This document shows positions 40,991 to 49,520 of a stretch of 64,000 nucleotides of DNA, piece by piece (position 1 is the stretch's first letter; every line of letters starts with the position of its first letter). A program made the position numbers and the translations under genes. Location of the stretch: the NCBI GenBank assembly GCA_965214705.1, contig CBDCCI010000002.1, positions 192,001-256,000 on the forward strand, read 5' to 3'. The DNA is from Alphaproteobacteria bacterium (lineage in GTDB: Bacteria; Pseudomonadota; Alphaproteobacteria; UBA828). Under the pieces are notes generated by a model. It was not told the origin of the DNA. It ran no database searches and saw only the letters and a list, made by a program, of their open reading frames with translations.

Positions 40991-42653
40991 CAGCCGCCTC
41001 CTTCAATGCGGGCGGAGCGGCTATTCTCGCGACAGGTTCGTCCAATCCCGCGGCGGGATCGTCAAGACGCTTCACCACCCGCCCGAGTGCGATGATCGTC
41101 TCGCGGGCGGGAAGCGGCATGGCACGCAACTCGGTCGCGCTCACCTGAGTGTTGCCGTTGACCGACCGGAACCAGGTGTCGAGGAGGCGGCTGTTGTACA
41201 GCCCCGCCAAGCCCCAGGCCTCGTCTTCGGAGAGCGTACCGCCTGGACGGTGAACGTAGTTGAGGTGGTTTTCCAGCCCGATCTCCGGAAGCGCGAGGCC
41301 TGCGGCAATATAGGGAGCTGCAGTCAGTCGGCGCGGCTCCTCCTTGGCGCTAAAGCGGCGGATGAGAACGTAGTTCCTGTTCGGCACGAGAAGGGCCCCG
41401 GCACCGGCGCGCGCGATGTACTCGGGCTTGTGTCGGTCCAGGGGCCAAGCGACCCGCATCGCGCGGACGTGGTTCATCCAAAGGAGCGGCACATGGGTTG
41501 CCGGAACCTCACCTTGCATGGCGATGAATTCCGTTGCCCGGAACGGCACCACCGGTCCGGTCGAGATGTTCAGCCCTAGGGCGGCGAGGCTGCTGGGCCA
41601 CGAATCCACCAGTGCCAGCGCCTCATGGTCCTCGTCGCAAACCGGCATCCGGAGCACCTTGTCGGCGGTGGCGAGATTGAGCACCGCGTCAACCATGGTC
41701 TCGCGAGTGCTCGGCCTGCCGATGTCGTCGATCCCGAGGCTTGACGAAATGGACAAGGGTGTAGCGGCCCCGTTCTCGTGCCAGCGATTCTGGCGGACCC
41801 CTGAGACGATGACGTTCTCCTGCAGTACCGCGTCTCGACGGAACGCGTCGCGCCGGGACTCGAACACATGCACTCTCGTCGGCCGGATCATGTCGAAGAA
41901 CGCGCCCCGGAACCGGCGGAAGTACGAACCGGAGGCGAAGCTGCGCGGCGTGATGAACACGAAACTTCCCCGTCGCCGCAGCAGCGCGGCGCCTACCGCC
42001 ATGAACAGGGCGTATATGTTGGGCTGGCCGTGAACCACATCGGCTGCGGCGACGGCGCGAGGATCGCCCTTGCCGATCTTGAAGTAAGGCGGGTTGGCGA
42101 TGACCGCATCGAATCCCCCCGCCGCGGTCTCGGAGGCGAAGAGTCCGCACGGGCGCATCGCATCGGCGTTTGCCATGATGAAGTCGGTGGCTTCGATTCG
42201 AACCACAACCCGCACCCGAAAGCTTGCTTGGCACCAATTCGCGAGATAGTCGAGTGCCGCCCGCAGCGCGGGGATCAGACCACTGTCGACCTCATAGGCG
42301 ATCAATTCAACCGTATCGGGTTTCGGCTTGCGCGATGCAATCGCCTCGACTGCCGCGCAGCCGAGGATGCCGGCACCCGCCGCGGGATCGAGGATCCGAA
42401 CCTTCCGCCGTTTTGCCGTGATCCGCCCGGCCATCGTGATCCGCCCGGCCATGAAGTCTGCGACGGGGATCGGCGTAAGAAAGAAACCGTACTCCTTGCG
42501 TTGCCGCACGGATATCCGCGCGGCGCACCATTCGCCAACACGGTCGGCGTAGGCGGTGGGCCGCTCTCCCTCATGGGGGAGCGGCAAGCGAGAGCACCCA
42601 AGTGCGGGCTTAGTCGCAGGTCGTTTTTCCGAATGTTCTATGAGATCCGGCAT
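40983..42653 (-). CDS. N6-adenine DNA methyltransferase (M.BsuBI/Eco57I-like, gamma class)
   Basis: ILDPAAGAG motif I precedes IANPPY motif IV; PNIYALF, STGPVVPFR, ENHLN, NGNTQV. Confidence 0.9.
   Translation of the reverse strand: MPDLIEHSEKRPATKPALGCSRLPLPHEGERPTAYADRVGEWCAARISVRQRKEYGFFLTPIPVADFMAGRITMAGRITAKRRKVRILDPAAGAGILGCAAVEAIASRKPKPDTVELIAYEVDSGLIPALRAALDYLANWCQASFRVRVVVRIEATDFIMANADAMRPCGLFASETAAGGFDAVIANPPYFKIGKGDPRAVAAADVVHGQPNIYALFMAVGAALLRRRGSFVFITPRSFASGSYFRRFRGAFFDMIRPTRVHVFESRRDAFRRDAVLQENVIVSGVRQNRWHENGAATPLSISSSLGIDDIGRPSTRETMVDAVLNLATADKVLRMPVCDEDHEALALVDSWPSSLAALGLNISTGPVVPFRATEFIAMQGEVPATHVPLLWMNHVRAMRVAWPLDRHKPEYIARAGAGALLVPNRNYVLIRRFSAKEEPRRLTAAPYIAAGLALPEIGLENHLNYVHRPGGTLSEDEAWGLAGLYNSRLLDTWFRSVNGNTQVSATELRAMPLPARETIIALGRVVKRLDDPAAGLDEPVARIAAPPALKEAAVG
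42417..42452. repeat. 18-bp tandem duplication inside the methyltransferase (MAGRIT x2)
   Basis: CGTGATCCGCCCGGCCAT twice, exact, in frame. Confidence 0.85.
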
Positions 42654-42655
42654 TC

Positions 42656-42868
42656 TCAGCCCGAGTCCTCCTTTCTGCTTGCTTGGTCTGCAAGTCTCAG
42701 AGGCAACTCTTTCTGCGCACGATGCTCCTGCACGAAGCGTTGGATTGCCTGGCGAACGACCCACGACAGGGACACATCGCTCTTTAGTGCCATGGCGTTG
42801 AGCGCGGCGTAGTCTGCTTCGTCGAGGCTTACCGTCAGCCTTGTGGTCTTCTTCCGACGTTCAGCCAT
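42656..42868 (-). CDS. Ribbon-helix-helix (CopG-like) regulator heading the R-M operon
   Basis: TTRLTVSL..DVSLSWVVRQAI; stops 2 bp before the MTase ATG. Confidence 0.8.
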   Translation of the reverse strand: MAERRKKTTRLTVSLDEADYAALNAMALKSDVSLSWVVRQAIQRFVQEHRAQKELPLRLADQASRKEDSG

Positions 42869-43076
42869 CGGTCTCGCATGCGTAGGGTCGAACGAGGCAC
42901 ATAGGCTACATCGGTATGCACCAGTCAGCAACAAAGTGATGCATCTATGGAACCAAAACTAAGCTGGATCGCGAACTCTTGAGGGAGATCGAAGTGTGCC
43001 GGGGCTCCGGCGGCGGGTGATGCCGGCACCAGCGCACATCCTGCGGTATGCCGAGCGGCACGATCGCCGAACGAGG

Positions 43077-43152
43077 ATGGATCGACGGGCTCTGGACGCC
43101 GTGCGCACGAATTTCGGCGACGACGCCATCGTGCGGGGCCGGGGCTTCGGAA
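43077..43152 (+). pseudogene. Possible C-terminal remnant of DinB/Y-family polymerase
   Basis: RALDAVRTNFGDDAIVRGRGFG resembles DinB C-terminal tails; no upstream polymerase domain. Confidence 0.4.
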
Positions 43153-43270
43153 CGAAGCTCGTTCTGCGGAGGCCTTCCAGGATCGACCGAGGGGAACGCC
43201 GCTCCAATGGGAGCCGGCATCCTGTCCAGCGTGTGCCGGGGCATTCTCTTCGCGCCCGTTTGTCGGACGC

Positions 43271-44044
43271 TCACTCCCTGGTCATCGTCCAGATGACCTC
43301 GCCGACGATCTGGACATTCCCGGCGAGGCGGGTACGGGCTTCGTAGTCGGGGTTGGCGCAGTTCAGCCGGAGCCTCGGCGGATCCGTCCCGCCGACCGGC
43401 TCGACGCGCCAGACCGCGAAACCGCCGGGTTCCCGGAGCACGAAGAGCCCGCCGGCGCTGGGATCCCGCTTCGCCGTGTCCACGACCAGGCGGTCGCCCT
43501 CGCGCAGTAGGGGTTCCATCGCGTTGCCGCGCACCCCGACGATGCGCAGGCTCGCGGGGTCGGCGCCGACGGCTCTACGGATCATGGCTTCGGGCAGCCG
43601 CCAGCGCGCCTTCTCCCGCTCAAGCTCCTCGCCGCGCGCGTCCGGCGCGGCGGAAGGCTCGATCTCGATCTCGGGCACGGCGGCGAGGCCGGAAGTGGCG
43701 GAAGGCCGTTTGCGCTGCGCGCGTTTCCGAGGCTTGCGCGGCGGGATCTCGGCGTGGCGCAGCAGGCTGGGGTCGCAGTCGAGCAGCGCGGCGAGAGCGG
43801 CGCTGTCCCGGTATGAGAGCGCGCGGGGGATGCCGCGGGAGAGGTACTGCTGGAGCCAGGCCCTGTTCCTGCCGATGGCGAGGGAGGCCGCGGCGAGCGA
43901 GACGCCGCGCTCACGGAGCCGTTGCCGAAGATTCTCCGGCGCCGGATCGCGCTCCGTCGTGTGCTTCTTCGGCCGTGCCGCGGCCACATCCGCCGGGTCC
44001 CGGCCGAACCCGCTGCCGGCGCCGGTCGCTGCGCCTGTCAGCAT
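43271..44044 (-). CDS. HTH-S24 (CI/LexA-like) repressor paralogue, catalytically degenerate
   Basis: HTH SLAAASLAIGRNRAWLQQYL; GNAMEP instead of GDSMEP, AVWRV instead of VVKRV, no Ala-Gly site. Confidence 0.82.
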   Translation of the reverse strand: MLTGAATGAGSGFGRDPADVAAARPKKHTTERDPAPENLRQRLRERGVSLAAASLAIGRNRAWLQQYLSRGIPRALSYRDSAALAALLDCDPSLLRHAEIPPRKPRKRAQRKRPSATSGLAAVPEIEIEPSAAPDARGEELEREKARWRLPEAMIRRAVGADPASLRIVGVRGNAMEPLLREGDRLVVDTAKRDPSAGGLFVLREPGGFAVWRVEPVGGTDPPRLRLNCANPDYEARTRLAGNVQIVGEVIWTMTRE

Positions 44045-44724
44045 TTCCTCACGGTCCAGACGACCTTGCCGACGATGTGGGCTTCCTCGGCGAGGCAGCT
44101 GTAGGGCTCGTAGTCGGGGTTGGCGGAGTGGAGGCGGAGCCGCGGCGGCTCGGCATGGGGCAGCACCTCGACGCGCTTGACCACCAGCCCCGAGCCGTCC
44201 CAGAGCACCGCCATCTCCCCGGTATCGGGGCTGCGCCGGGCGATGTCGACCAGCAGCCGGTCGCCGTCGGAGATCAGCGGCTCCATGGAATCGCCGCGCG
44301 CGCGCAGCACGCGCAGGCTGCCGGGATCGGCGTCGCCCTCGTGGCGGATCATGCCCTCGGGCAGGTACCAGCGCGCCTTCTCGGCGGCGAACTCCTCGTT
44401 GAGCGCGCCCGGACCGGCGGCGGCCTCGACCGCCACCTCGGGGATGGCGACGAGCGGCGCGCCGGGAAGGGGCGCGGTGCGCCGGCGGCGCTTCTGCGGC
44501 CTGCGCCGGGGCGGCTCGGAAAGGCGCAGCTCAGACGCCTTGCAGCCGAGCAGCTTCGCGAGGCTCTCGGCGTCGGCATAGCCGAGCGCCTTGGGCGTGC
44601 CGCGCTCGAGGAACTGGTGCAGGTAGCTGGGGCTGCGGCCGATGGCGGCGGAGGCCTCCTTCATGGTGAGGCCGCGCTGCCATAGGAGATCCCTGATTTT
44701 TTGTCGTAGCGGGTCGCGTTCCAT
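44038..44724 (-). CDS. HTH-S24 (CI/LexA-like) repressor, autocleavable
   Basis: HTH, AAAGPG cleavage site, GDSMEP (Ser), VVKRV (Lys). Confidence 0.9.
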   Translation of the reverse strand: MERDPLRQKIRDLLWQRGLTMKEASAAIGRSPSYLHQFLERGTPKALGYADAESLAKLLGCKASELRLSEPPRRRPQKRRRRTAPLPGAPLVAIPEVAVEAAAGPGALNEEFAAEKARWYLPEGMIRHEGDADPGSLRVLRARGDSMEPLISDGDRLLVDIARRSPDTGEMAVLWDGSGLVVKRVEVLPHAEPPRLRLHSANPDYEPYSCLAEEAHIVGKVVWTVRKC

Positions 44725-44815
44725 GGTCGGTGTTCGTATCTGTTGCGTAGAACAATAGTGTATTCAAGATCGAAATATATTGTCAAGCCGGAATGTTCCA
44801 CCTACGTTCCGGCCC
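44725..44815. promoter_or_regulatory. Divergent promoter/operator region between repressor and tra operon
   Basis: AT-rich spacer between divergent regulators; imperfect inverted repeat GCCGGAATGT-N7-ACGTTCCGGC at 44787-44813. Confidence 0.6.
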
Positions 44816-45538
44816 ATGACCCGATACCGCACCCACTTCCTCGGCGCCATCGACGCCCATATGGAGCGTCACGACATGTCTCCCAGCCGCTTCGGCCGGG
44901 AGACGATGCGCGATCCCACCTTCGTCTTCCGCGTGAAGAAGAAGGGGCGCAATCCGCGCCTGGATACGGTGGACAAGCTGCTGGTCGGGATGGGCCGCGA
45001 ACCGGTCGGGGACCGCTTCGTGGCCGAGGTCAGGGCGTTCCTGGCGGTCACCGGCATAAAGCGCTCGGAGTTCAGCCGCGACGTCAACAGGAACCGGTCC
45101 TTTGCGACCTGGCTGCTCGATGGCGGCCTGCCCCGGCTCGCCACCATGGACAAGGCGGACGCCGTCATGGCCGAGCATACGAACCCGGCCCAGCGCGAGG
45201 CGATCAGGGCGGCGGTCGAGGACGGGGCGCCGGCGGTTCCGGTGGGGAAGGAAGGCAATGAGGAGATGGAGATGACCGAGGACGGCTACATGAGCACCGA
45301 GGAGGCGGCGGAGTTCCTGAAACTGTCGCCCCGCACGCTTCAGGCTTACCGGGGCAGCGGCAAGGGACCGCCGTTCAGCCGTATGGGCAACCGGGCGCGC
45401 TATCTGCGCTCGAAGGTGGCGGAGTGGGCGGCCGCGCGCGAGGCGCGCTCGACCACCGAGGCCGACGAGAAGGAGCGCGAGGAGAGAGCGGCGACCTCGC
45501 CGCCGGACAGGGACGACACCGGGAAGGAGGACAGGTGA
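44816..45538 (+). CDS. Multi-HTH regulator: two Cro-like repeats plus excisionase-like (HTH_17) domain
   Basis: Two internal repeats (..SRFGRE..RDPTFV..PRLDTVDK / ..SEFSRD..RNRSFA..PRLATMDK) then YMSTEEAAEFLKLSPRTL..GPPF. Confidence 0.75.
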   Translation: MTRYRTHFLGAIDAHMERHDMSPSRFGRETMRDPTFVFRVKKKGRNPRLDTVDKLLVGMGREPVGDRFVAEVRAFLAVTGIKRSEFSRDVNRNRSFATWLLDGGLPRLATMDKADAVMAEHTNPAQREAIRAAVEDGAPAVPVGKEGNEEMEMTEDGYMSTEEAAEFLKLSPRTLQAYRGSGKGPPFSRMGNRARYLRSKVAEWAAAREARSTTEADEKEREERAATSPPDRDDTGKEDR

Positions 45539-45861
45539 TGACTGCAATCTCGAACGACCGCAGGAAGCGCGCACTCCGCATCGCCGTGGGCGCGATCGTC
45601 GCGCTGGCGCTGGCGCTGCTCGGCATCGATGCGGCGCTGGCGACGACGGACACCACCTTCACGGATCCGCTGGACACGGTGACGGGCATGGTGTCCGGCA
45701 CCGGCGGTCAGCTCGCGGCGGCGCTCGCGGTGGGCGCGGCCCTGGTGGGCTCGGTTCTGCGCTTCAACGCGATGCAGCTTCTCGGCGCGGTCGGCGTCGG
45801 CGTGGCGGCGGGCGCGGGCACCGGCATCGTGACCGGCCTGGTCGGCACGGCGATCGTCTGA
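45538..45861 (+). CDS. traA: Conjugative pilin (TraA-like)
   Basis: Leader peptide ending ALA, two hydrophobic segments; position before traL; AAGGAGG RBS. Confidence 0.7.
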   Translation: MTAISNDRRKRALRIAVGAIVALALALLGIDAALATTDTTFTDPLDTVTGMVSGTGGQLAAALAVGAALVGSVLRFNAMQLLGAVGVGVAAGAGTGIVTGLVGTAIV

Positions 45862-45870
45862 GAGGCCACA

Positions 45871-46164
45871 GTGAACGACACCGCGCGCCATGCGATCCCG
45901 CGCCGTCTCGACGACCCGGAGCGCTGGCTGTTCTGGACCTTCGACGAGGCGGCGGCACTGCTGGGACCGGCGGTGCTCGGGCTCGCGGCGAACCAGTTCG
46001 TCGCGGGACTGGTGGCCGGCATCGCCGGCTGGCTGCTGCTGCGCCGCGTCAAGCGCGGCGGCGGGGCCAACATCGCGCTCTACGCGCTCTACTGGTTCCT
46101 GCCCGAGTTCGTGCTGCGGCTCCGTGGCACCCCGCCAAGCCATGTCAGGCGGTACTTCGGATGA
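45871..46164 (+). CDS. traL: F-type pilus assembly protein TraL
   Basis: IPRRLDDPERWLFWT.DE, LYWFLP, TPPS. Confidence 0.9.
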   Translation: MNDTARHAIPRRLDDPERWLFWTFDEAAALLGPAVLGLAANQFVAGLVAGIAGWLLLRRVKRGGGANIALYALYWFLPEFVLRLRGTPPSHVRRYFG

Positions 46165-46712
46165 GGCGCGAGGCGATGGACGCGGAGCGCCGCCGGGCGC
46201 GGGACACGCGGGCGGTTCTCGCCGGGCTGCTGGCGCTCGCGGTTCTCTCCAACCTGGTGCTGGCGCACGGGCTGACCAGCCGCGAACGGGTGACCGTGCT
46301 GGTTCCCGCCGTCTCGGGCCCCGCCTGGGAGGTGGGGGAGAGCTGGGCGGGGCGGCGCTACCTGGAGGATGCGGCGCGCACCGCAGCGGTGACGCTGCTC
46401 ACGCTCACGCCCGAAAACGCGGCCCATGTGCGCGAGGCGGTCGCGCGCCTCGCCCATGCCGAGGCCCGGGGCGCTATCGGCGCCTGGGTGGCGTCGGAAG
46501 CCGAGCGGATGGCCCGGCGCGACCTCTCGACCGCGTTCTACCCGAGGAGCATCGAGAGCGACGGGCGCGAACTCAGCGCCGAGATCGCGGGCGAGCTGGT
46601 GACCTGGATCGGGCGCGAGGAGGCTTCGCGGCAGAAGCGGCGCTACCGCCTCGCCTTCCGCATCGACGCGGGCCGGCTCGCGCTGCTGCGTTTCGAGCAG
46701 ATGGAGGACTGA
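46161..46712 (+). CDS. traE: F-type TraE
   Basis: N-terminal TM, TVLVP, YLE, LTPEN, STAFYP; gene order. Confidence 0.85.
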   Translation: MRREAMDAERRRARDTRAVLAGLLALAVLSNLVLAHGLTSRERVTVLVPAVSGPAWEVGESWAGRRYLEDAARTAAVTLLTLTPENAAHVREAVARLAHAEARGAIGAWVASEAERMARRDLSTAFYPRSIESDGRELSAEIAGELVTWIGREEASRQKRRYRLAFRIDAGRLALLRFEQMED

Positions 46713-46714
46713 GC

Positions 46715-47593
46715 ATGACTTTGCACCTTCGTGTAGGCGCGGCTGCCGCGCTGTTTTGCGCACTCATTATATATGCCGCGCTGCCGACCGCCGCGTCCGC
46801 GACGCAGGTCACCAGCACAAGTGTCTCCGGCACAAGTGTCCTGGAGGCGGCGGACCACGCCGAGCTCCCGGCGCAGGTCTCGGCGTCCGGGGTGGTCCGG
46901 ATTGCACTCCTGGGCGACCGCATCGCGCGGGCGGTGAAGAGCGCGGGCCGCTTCGAGATCGAGCACGACACCGCGACCGGCGACCTCTACCTTCGGCCGC
47001 CGGACGCTGCCGGCGGCGGAGCGGACCGCGCCGCGAAAGCCGAGGCGGGACCTGAGGCGGCACCTGCGGCGGGATCTGCGGTCCTGTTCGTGGGCACCGA
47101 GAAGGGCTTTACCTACCGGCTGATCCTGACGCCTGTGGCGGGCGGCCCGGCGCAGGTGCTGATCCGCAACCCGGCGGCGGGGGCGGCCGCAGTCCGCGAA
47201 CCCGCCGCCGGCAATCGGCGCATCGGCGCGCTGGTGCGCCTGATCCGCGCGGTGGCGCGGCGCGAGCCTCTTGCCGGCTATGCGATCCATGCCGGGGGCG
47301 CGTTCCCCGGCACGCGTGTCTCCGGATTGACGGTCATCGGGACCTGGCGGGGCACCGAGGCGTTCCCCCGTCCGCGCTTCTCGGCGCTCGTGTTTGAGGC
47401 CGGCCCTTCGGCGTCCGAAGGCGCGGAGAGTGCCGCGGGCCTCGTCGGGACCATTGGTGGATTGCCGGGGATCGGCCGCGTCGCCGCTCTCTGGCTGGCG
47501 GCGCCCGGCACCGGCCCCTCGGGCGGCAGGCTCGCGGTGGCGGTGCACGAGGACACTCGTGCCGGAGACACGCGTGCCGGAGACTCCCGATGA
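46715..47593 (+). CDS. traK: F-type secretin-like TraK
   Basis: Signal peptide, GDLYLRP, TEKGFTY; lies between traE and traB. Confidence 0.8.
   Translation: MTLHLRVGAAAALFCALIIYAALPTAASATQVTSTSVSGTSVLEAADHAELPAQVSASGVVRIALLGDRIARAVKSAGRFEIEHDTATGDLYLRPPDAAGGGADRAAKAEAGPEAAPAAGSAVLFVGTEKGFTYRLILTPVAGGPAQVLIRNPAAGAAAVREPAAGNRRIGALVRLIRAVARREPLAGYAIHAGGAFPGTRVSGLTVIGTWRGTEAFPRPRFSALVFEAGPSASEGAESAAGLVGTIGGLPGIGRVAALWLAAPGTGPSGGRLAVAVHEDTRAGDTRAGDSR
46812..46841 (-). repeat. 15-bp tra repeat, 2 units (traK, after signal peptide)
   Basis: CCAGCACAAGTGTCT CCGGCACAAGTGTCC; encodes TSTSVSGTSV. Confidence 0.8.
47307..47321 (-). repeat. 15-bp tra repeat, 1 unit (traK)
   Basis: CCGGCACGCGTGTCT followed by CCGG; encodes GTRVSG. 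Confidence 0.8.
47551..47580 (+). repeat. 15-bp tra repeat, 2 units (traK C-terminus)
   Basis: GGACACTCGTGCCGG AGACACGCGTGCCGG then AGAC; encodes DTRAGDTRAG. Confidence 0.85.
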
Positions 47594-48840
47594 GCGCCCG
47601 CACCGCGCCCGCGGGCGACGGCGAGTCGCGCCGCGCCCGGCGCAACCAGCTGGTGCTGTTCTCCGCGATCGCGGCGGCGGTGCTGATGGTGTTCGCGTTC
47701 TGGCTCGCGGCGGGCGGCAGCGGTCCGCCCAGGCCGGAGGCTCGGATCGATGCCGAGCTCGCGACCCCGGGGACCGCCGAGGAGAGCTGGACCCGGCGCT
47801 CGGAAGCCAGGCTCGGCGCCATGGACGCGCGGCTGCGCGACATGGAGGCCGGGGCGAATCGCGTGAGGCAGGAGAACGAGCGCCTCAGGCAGAAACTTGC
47901 CGCCGACGCCGAGGACGCGAAGCGCACGATCGACAGCCTCGCGGCGAAGATCGGCGAGTTGGAGCGCGCGCGGGCGGGTGAAGAGACCGCCGCAGCGAAC
48001 GGCATGCCGGTCGGCGAGCTGTTCCGGCAGGGCGCCGGGCAGCGGAGCGCCCCGGCGACCGGCGCTGCCGCATCCGGGGCTGCGCCCGAGACCGAGTTGG
48101 TGGCTGAGCCTCTGATCGAGACCTTCCGGCTGGACGGTTCGGGGGAGCGGTTCGACGCGCCCGCTGCCAGGGATATCGGCGCCTGGCTCCCGGCCGGGAG
48201 CCATGCGGAGGCCGTGGTGCTCGCCGGCGTCGACGCCTCCGCCGGGGTCTCGTCCCAGGGCGACCCGCGCCCGGTGCTGCTGAGGATCGTGGGTCCCGCC
48301 TGGACCGCGGCCTCGGACGGTACGGCGCTCGCCGTCGATCTCGACGGCTGTACCGTGACCGGCGCCGCCCATGGCGATCTCTCGTCCGAGAAGGTCTACG
48401 CGAGGCTCAGAACGCTCACCTGTGCCGCAGAAGAGCCCGACACAGTGGTCGAGACGCAGGTCGCGGGGTTCGTCGCGGGCGCCGGCAAGACCGGGGTGCG
48501 CGGCCCCGTGGTGAGCCGCGAGGGCGCTCTGGTCGAGAAGGCCTTCCTCGCCGGCATGGTCTCCGGTCTCGGCGAGGGCGCCGCGAGCGCGTTCGCGCCG
48601 CAGGCCGTCGCGACCGGCGCGGGCGCCGCTGTCGCCAATACCGGCCTCGTCGATATCGGCAGGGCCGGGCTCGGCTCAGGCGCGTCGTCCGCGGGCCGCA
48701 AGGTCGCGGACTACCTGATCCGCCGCGCCGAACAGTACCAGCCGGTGATCCAGCTCCAGGCCGGGACCCGGGTGACGGTGGTGTTCATCGAGGGCGCCTG
48801 GCTCGACGGCAGGACGGAGAAGAAGGGGAGGACCCAATGA
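47590..48840 (+). CDS. traB: F-type TraB (VirB10-like)
   Basis: TM + coiled coil; LPAGS..AVVLAGVDA, GDLSSEKVY, GVRGPVV, YLIRRAEQYQPVI. Confidence 0.9.
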   Translation: MSARTAPAGDGESRRARRNQLVLFSAIAAAVLMVFAFWLAAGGSGPPRPEARIDAELATPGTAEESWTRRSEARLGAMDARLRDMEAGANRVRQENERLRQKLAADAEDAKRTIDSLAAKIGELERARAGEETAAANGMPVGELFRQGAGQRSAPATGAAASGAAPETELVAEPLIETFRLDGSGERFDAPAARDIGAWLPAGSHAEAVVLAGVDASAGVSSQGDPRPVLLRIVGPAWTAASDGTALAVDLDGCTVTGAAHGDLSSEKVYARLRTLTCAAEEPDTVVETQVAGFVAGAGKTGVRGPVVSREGALVEKAFLAGMVSGLGEGAASAFAPQAVATGAGAAVANTGLVDIGRAGLGSGASSAGRKVADYLIRRAEQYQPVIQLQAGTRVTVVFIEGAWLDGRTEKKGRTQ

Positions 48841-49520
48841 ACGAACGTAACGGATGGGCCGTGAGAGCGGCCGCCACGGCAATGGCCGCGCTGGCGCTGG
48901 CGGGCTGCTCGGCGACCCATGTGGGCGACGACTGGCAGTGCCCGCTCGCGCAGGGAGAAGTGTGCTCGTCCGTCGCAGCCGCCGATCCGGCAGTGCCGAA
49001 GACACGGGTGCCGGGGACACGCGTGCCGGAGACGCTCGTGCCGGGGACGCTCGTGCCAAAGGCTGGGGCTGGGGGCACCCAAACCCCCGCGGCCAAGGCC
49101 GCGCTCTACCGGCCTCGTGGAGAGCCCGCCGCGGCTTCGGGACGGGCGGCGCAGCGGGATTGCGAATCGGACTGTGGCCCGCTCGCCTGGCTGGCAGGGC
49201 TGCTCGAAGGTTTCGCCGGCGAAGATACGGAAGGCGAAGAGACAGCCGTGACGGGCGAAGGTGCGGCCGGCGAGGAACACTCCGGTCCCACCGATGCGGG
49301 CCGCGAACCGGTCGCTCCCGCCGCCGCTCTGCAGGCTGCGCCCGGCGACGCCTCGATCTCGTCCCCTCCGGCCGATGAAGCCGCCGCCGGAGAGAATTTC
49401 CGCGAGCCCGAGGAGATCGCCCGCATCTGGATCGCGCCCTTCGTGGATGCCGAGGGCATCTACCACGAGGGGGTCTGGGTGCGGGCGGTGATCGCGCCGG
49501 CCGAATGGAGGCTTCCGTGA
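48837..49520 (+). CDS. traV: F-type lipoprotein TraV
   Basis: Lipobox LAGC, WQC..C pair, RIWIAPFVDAEG. Confidence 0.88.
   Translation: MNERNGWAVRAAATAMAALALAGCSATHVGDDWQCPLAQGEVCSSVAAADPAVPKTRVPGTRVPETLVPGTLVPKAGAGGTQTPAAKAALYRPRGEPAAASGRAAQRDCESDCGPLAWLAGLLEGFAGEDTEGEETAVTGEGAAGEEHSGPTDAGREPVAPAAALQAAPGDASISSPPADEAAAGENFREPEEIARIWIAPFVDAEGIYHEGVWVRAVIAPAEWRLP
49000..49059 (+). repeat. 15-bp tra repeat, 4 units (traV)
   Basis: AGACACGGGTGCCGG GGACACGCGTGCCGG AGACGCTCGTGCCGG GGACGCTCGTGCCAA; encodes TRVPG TRVPE TLVPG TLVPK. Confidence 0.88.

Noticed and set aside
49000-49059. 15-bp repeats as a CRISPR array
   Set aside because: Units are directly abutting with no spacers, too short, intragenic, and no cas genes are present.
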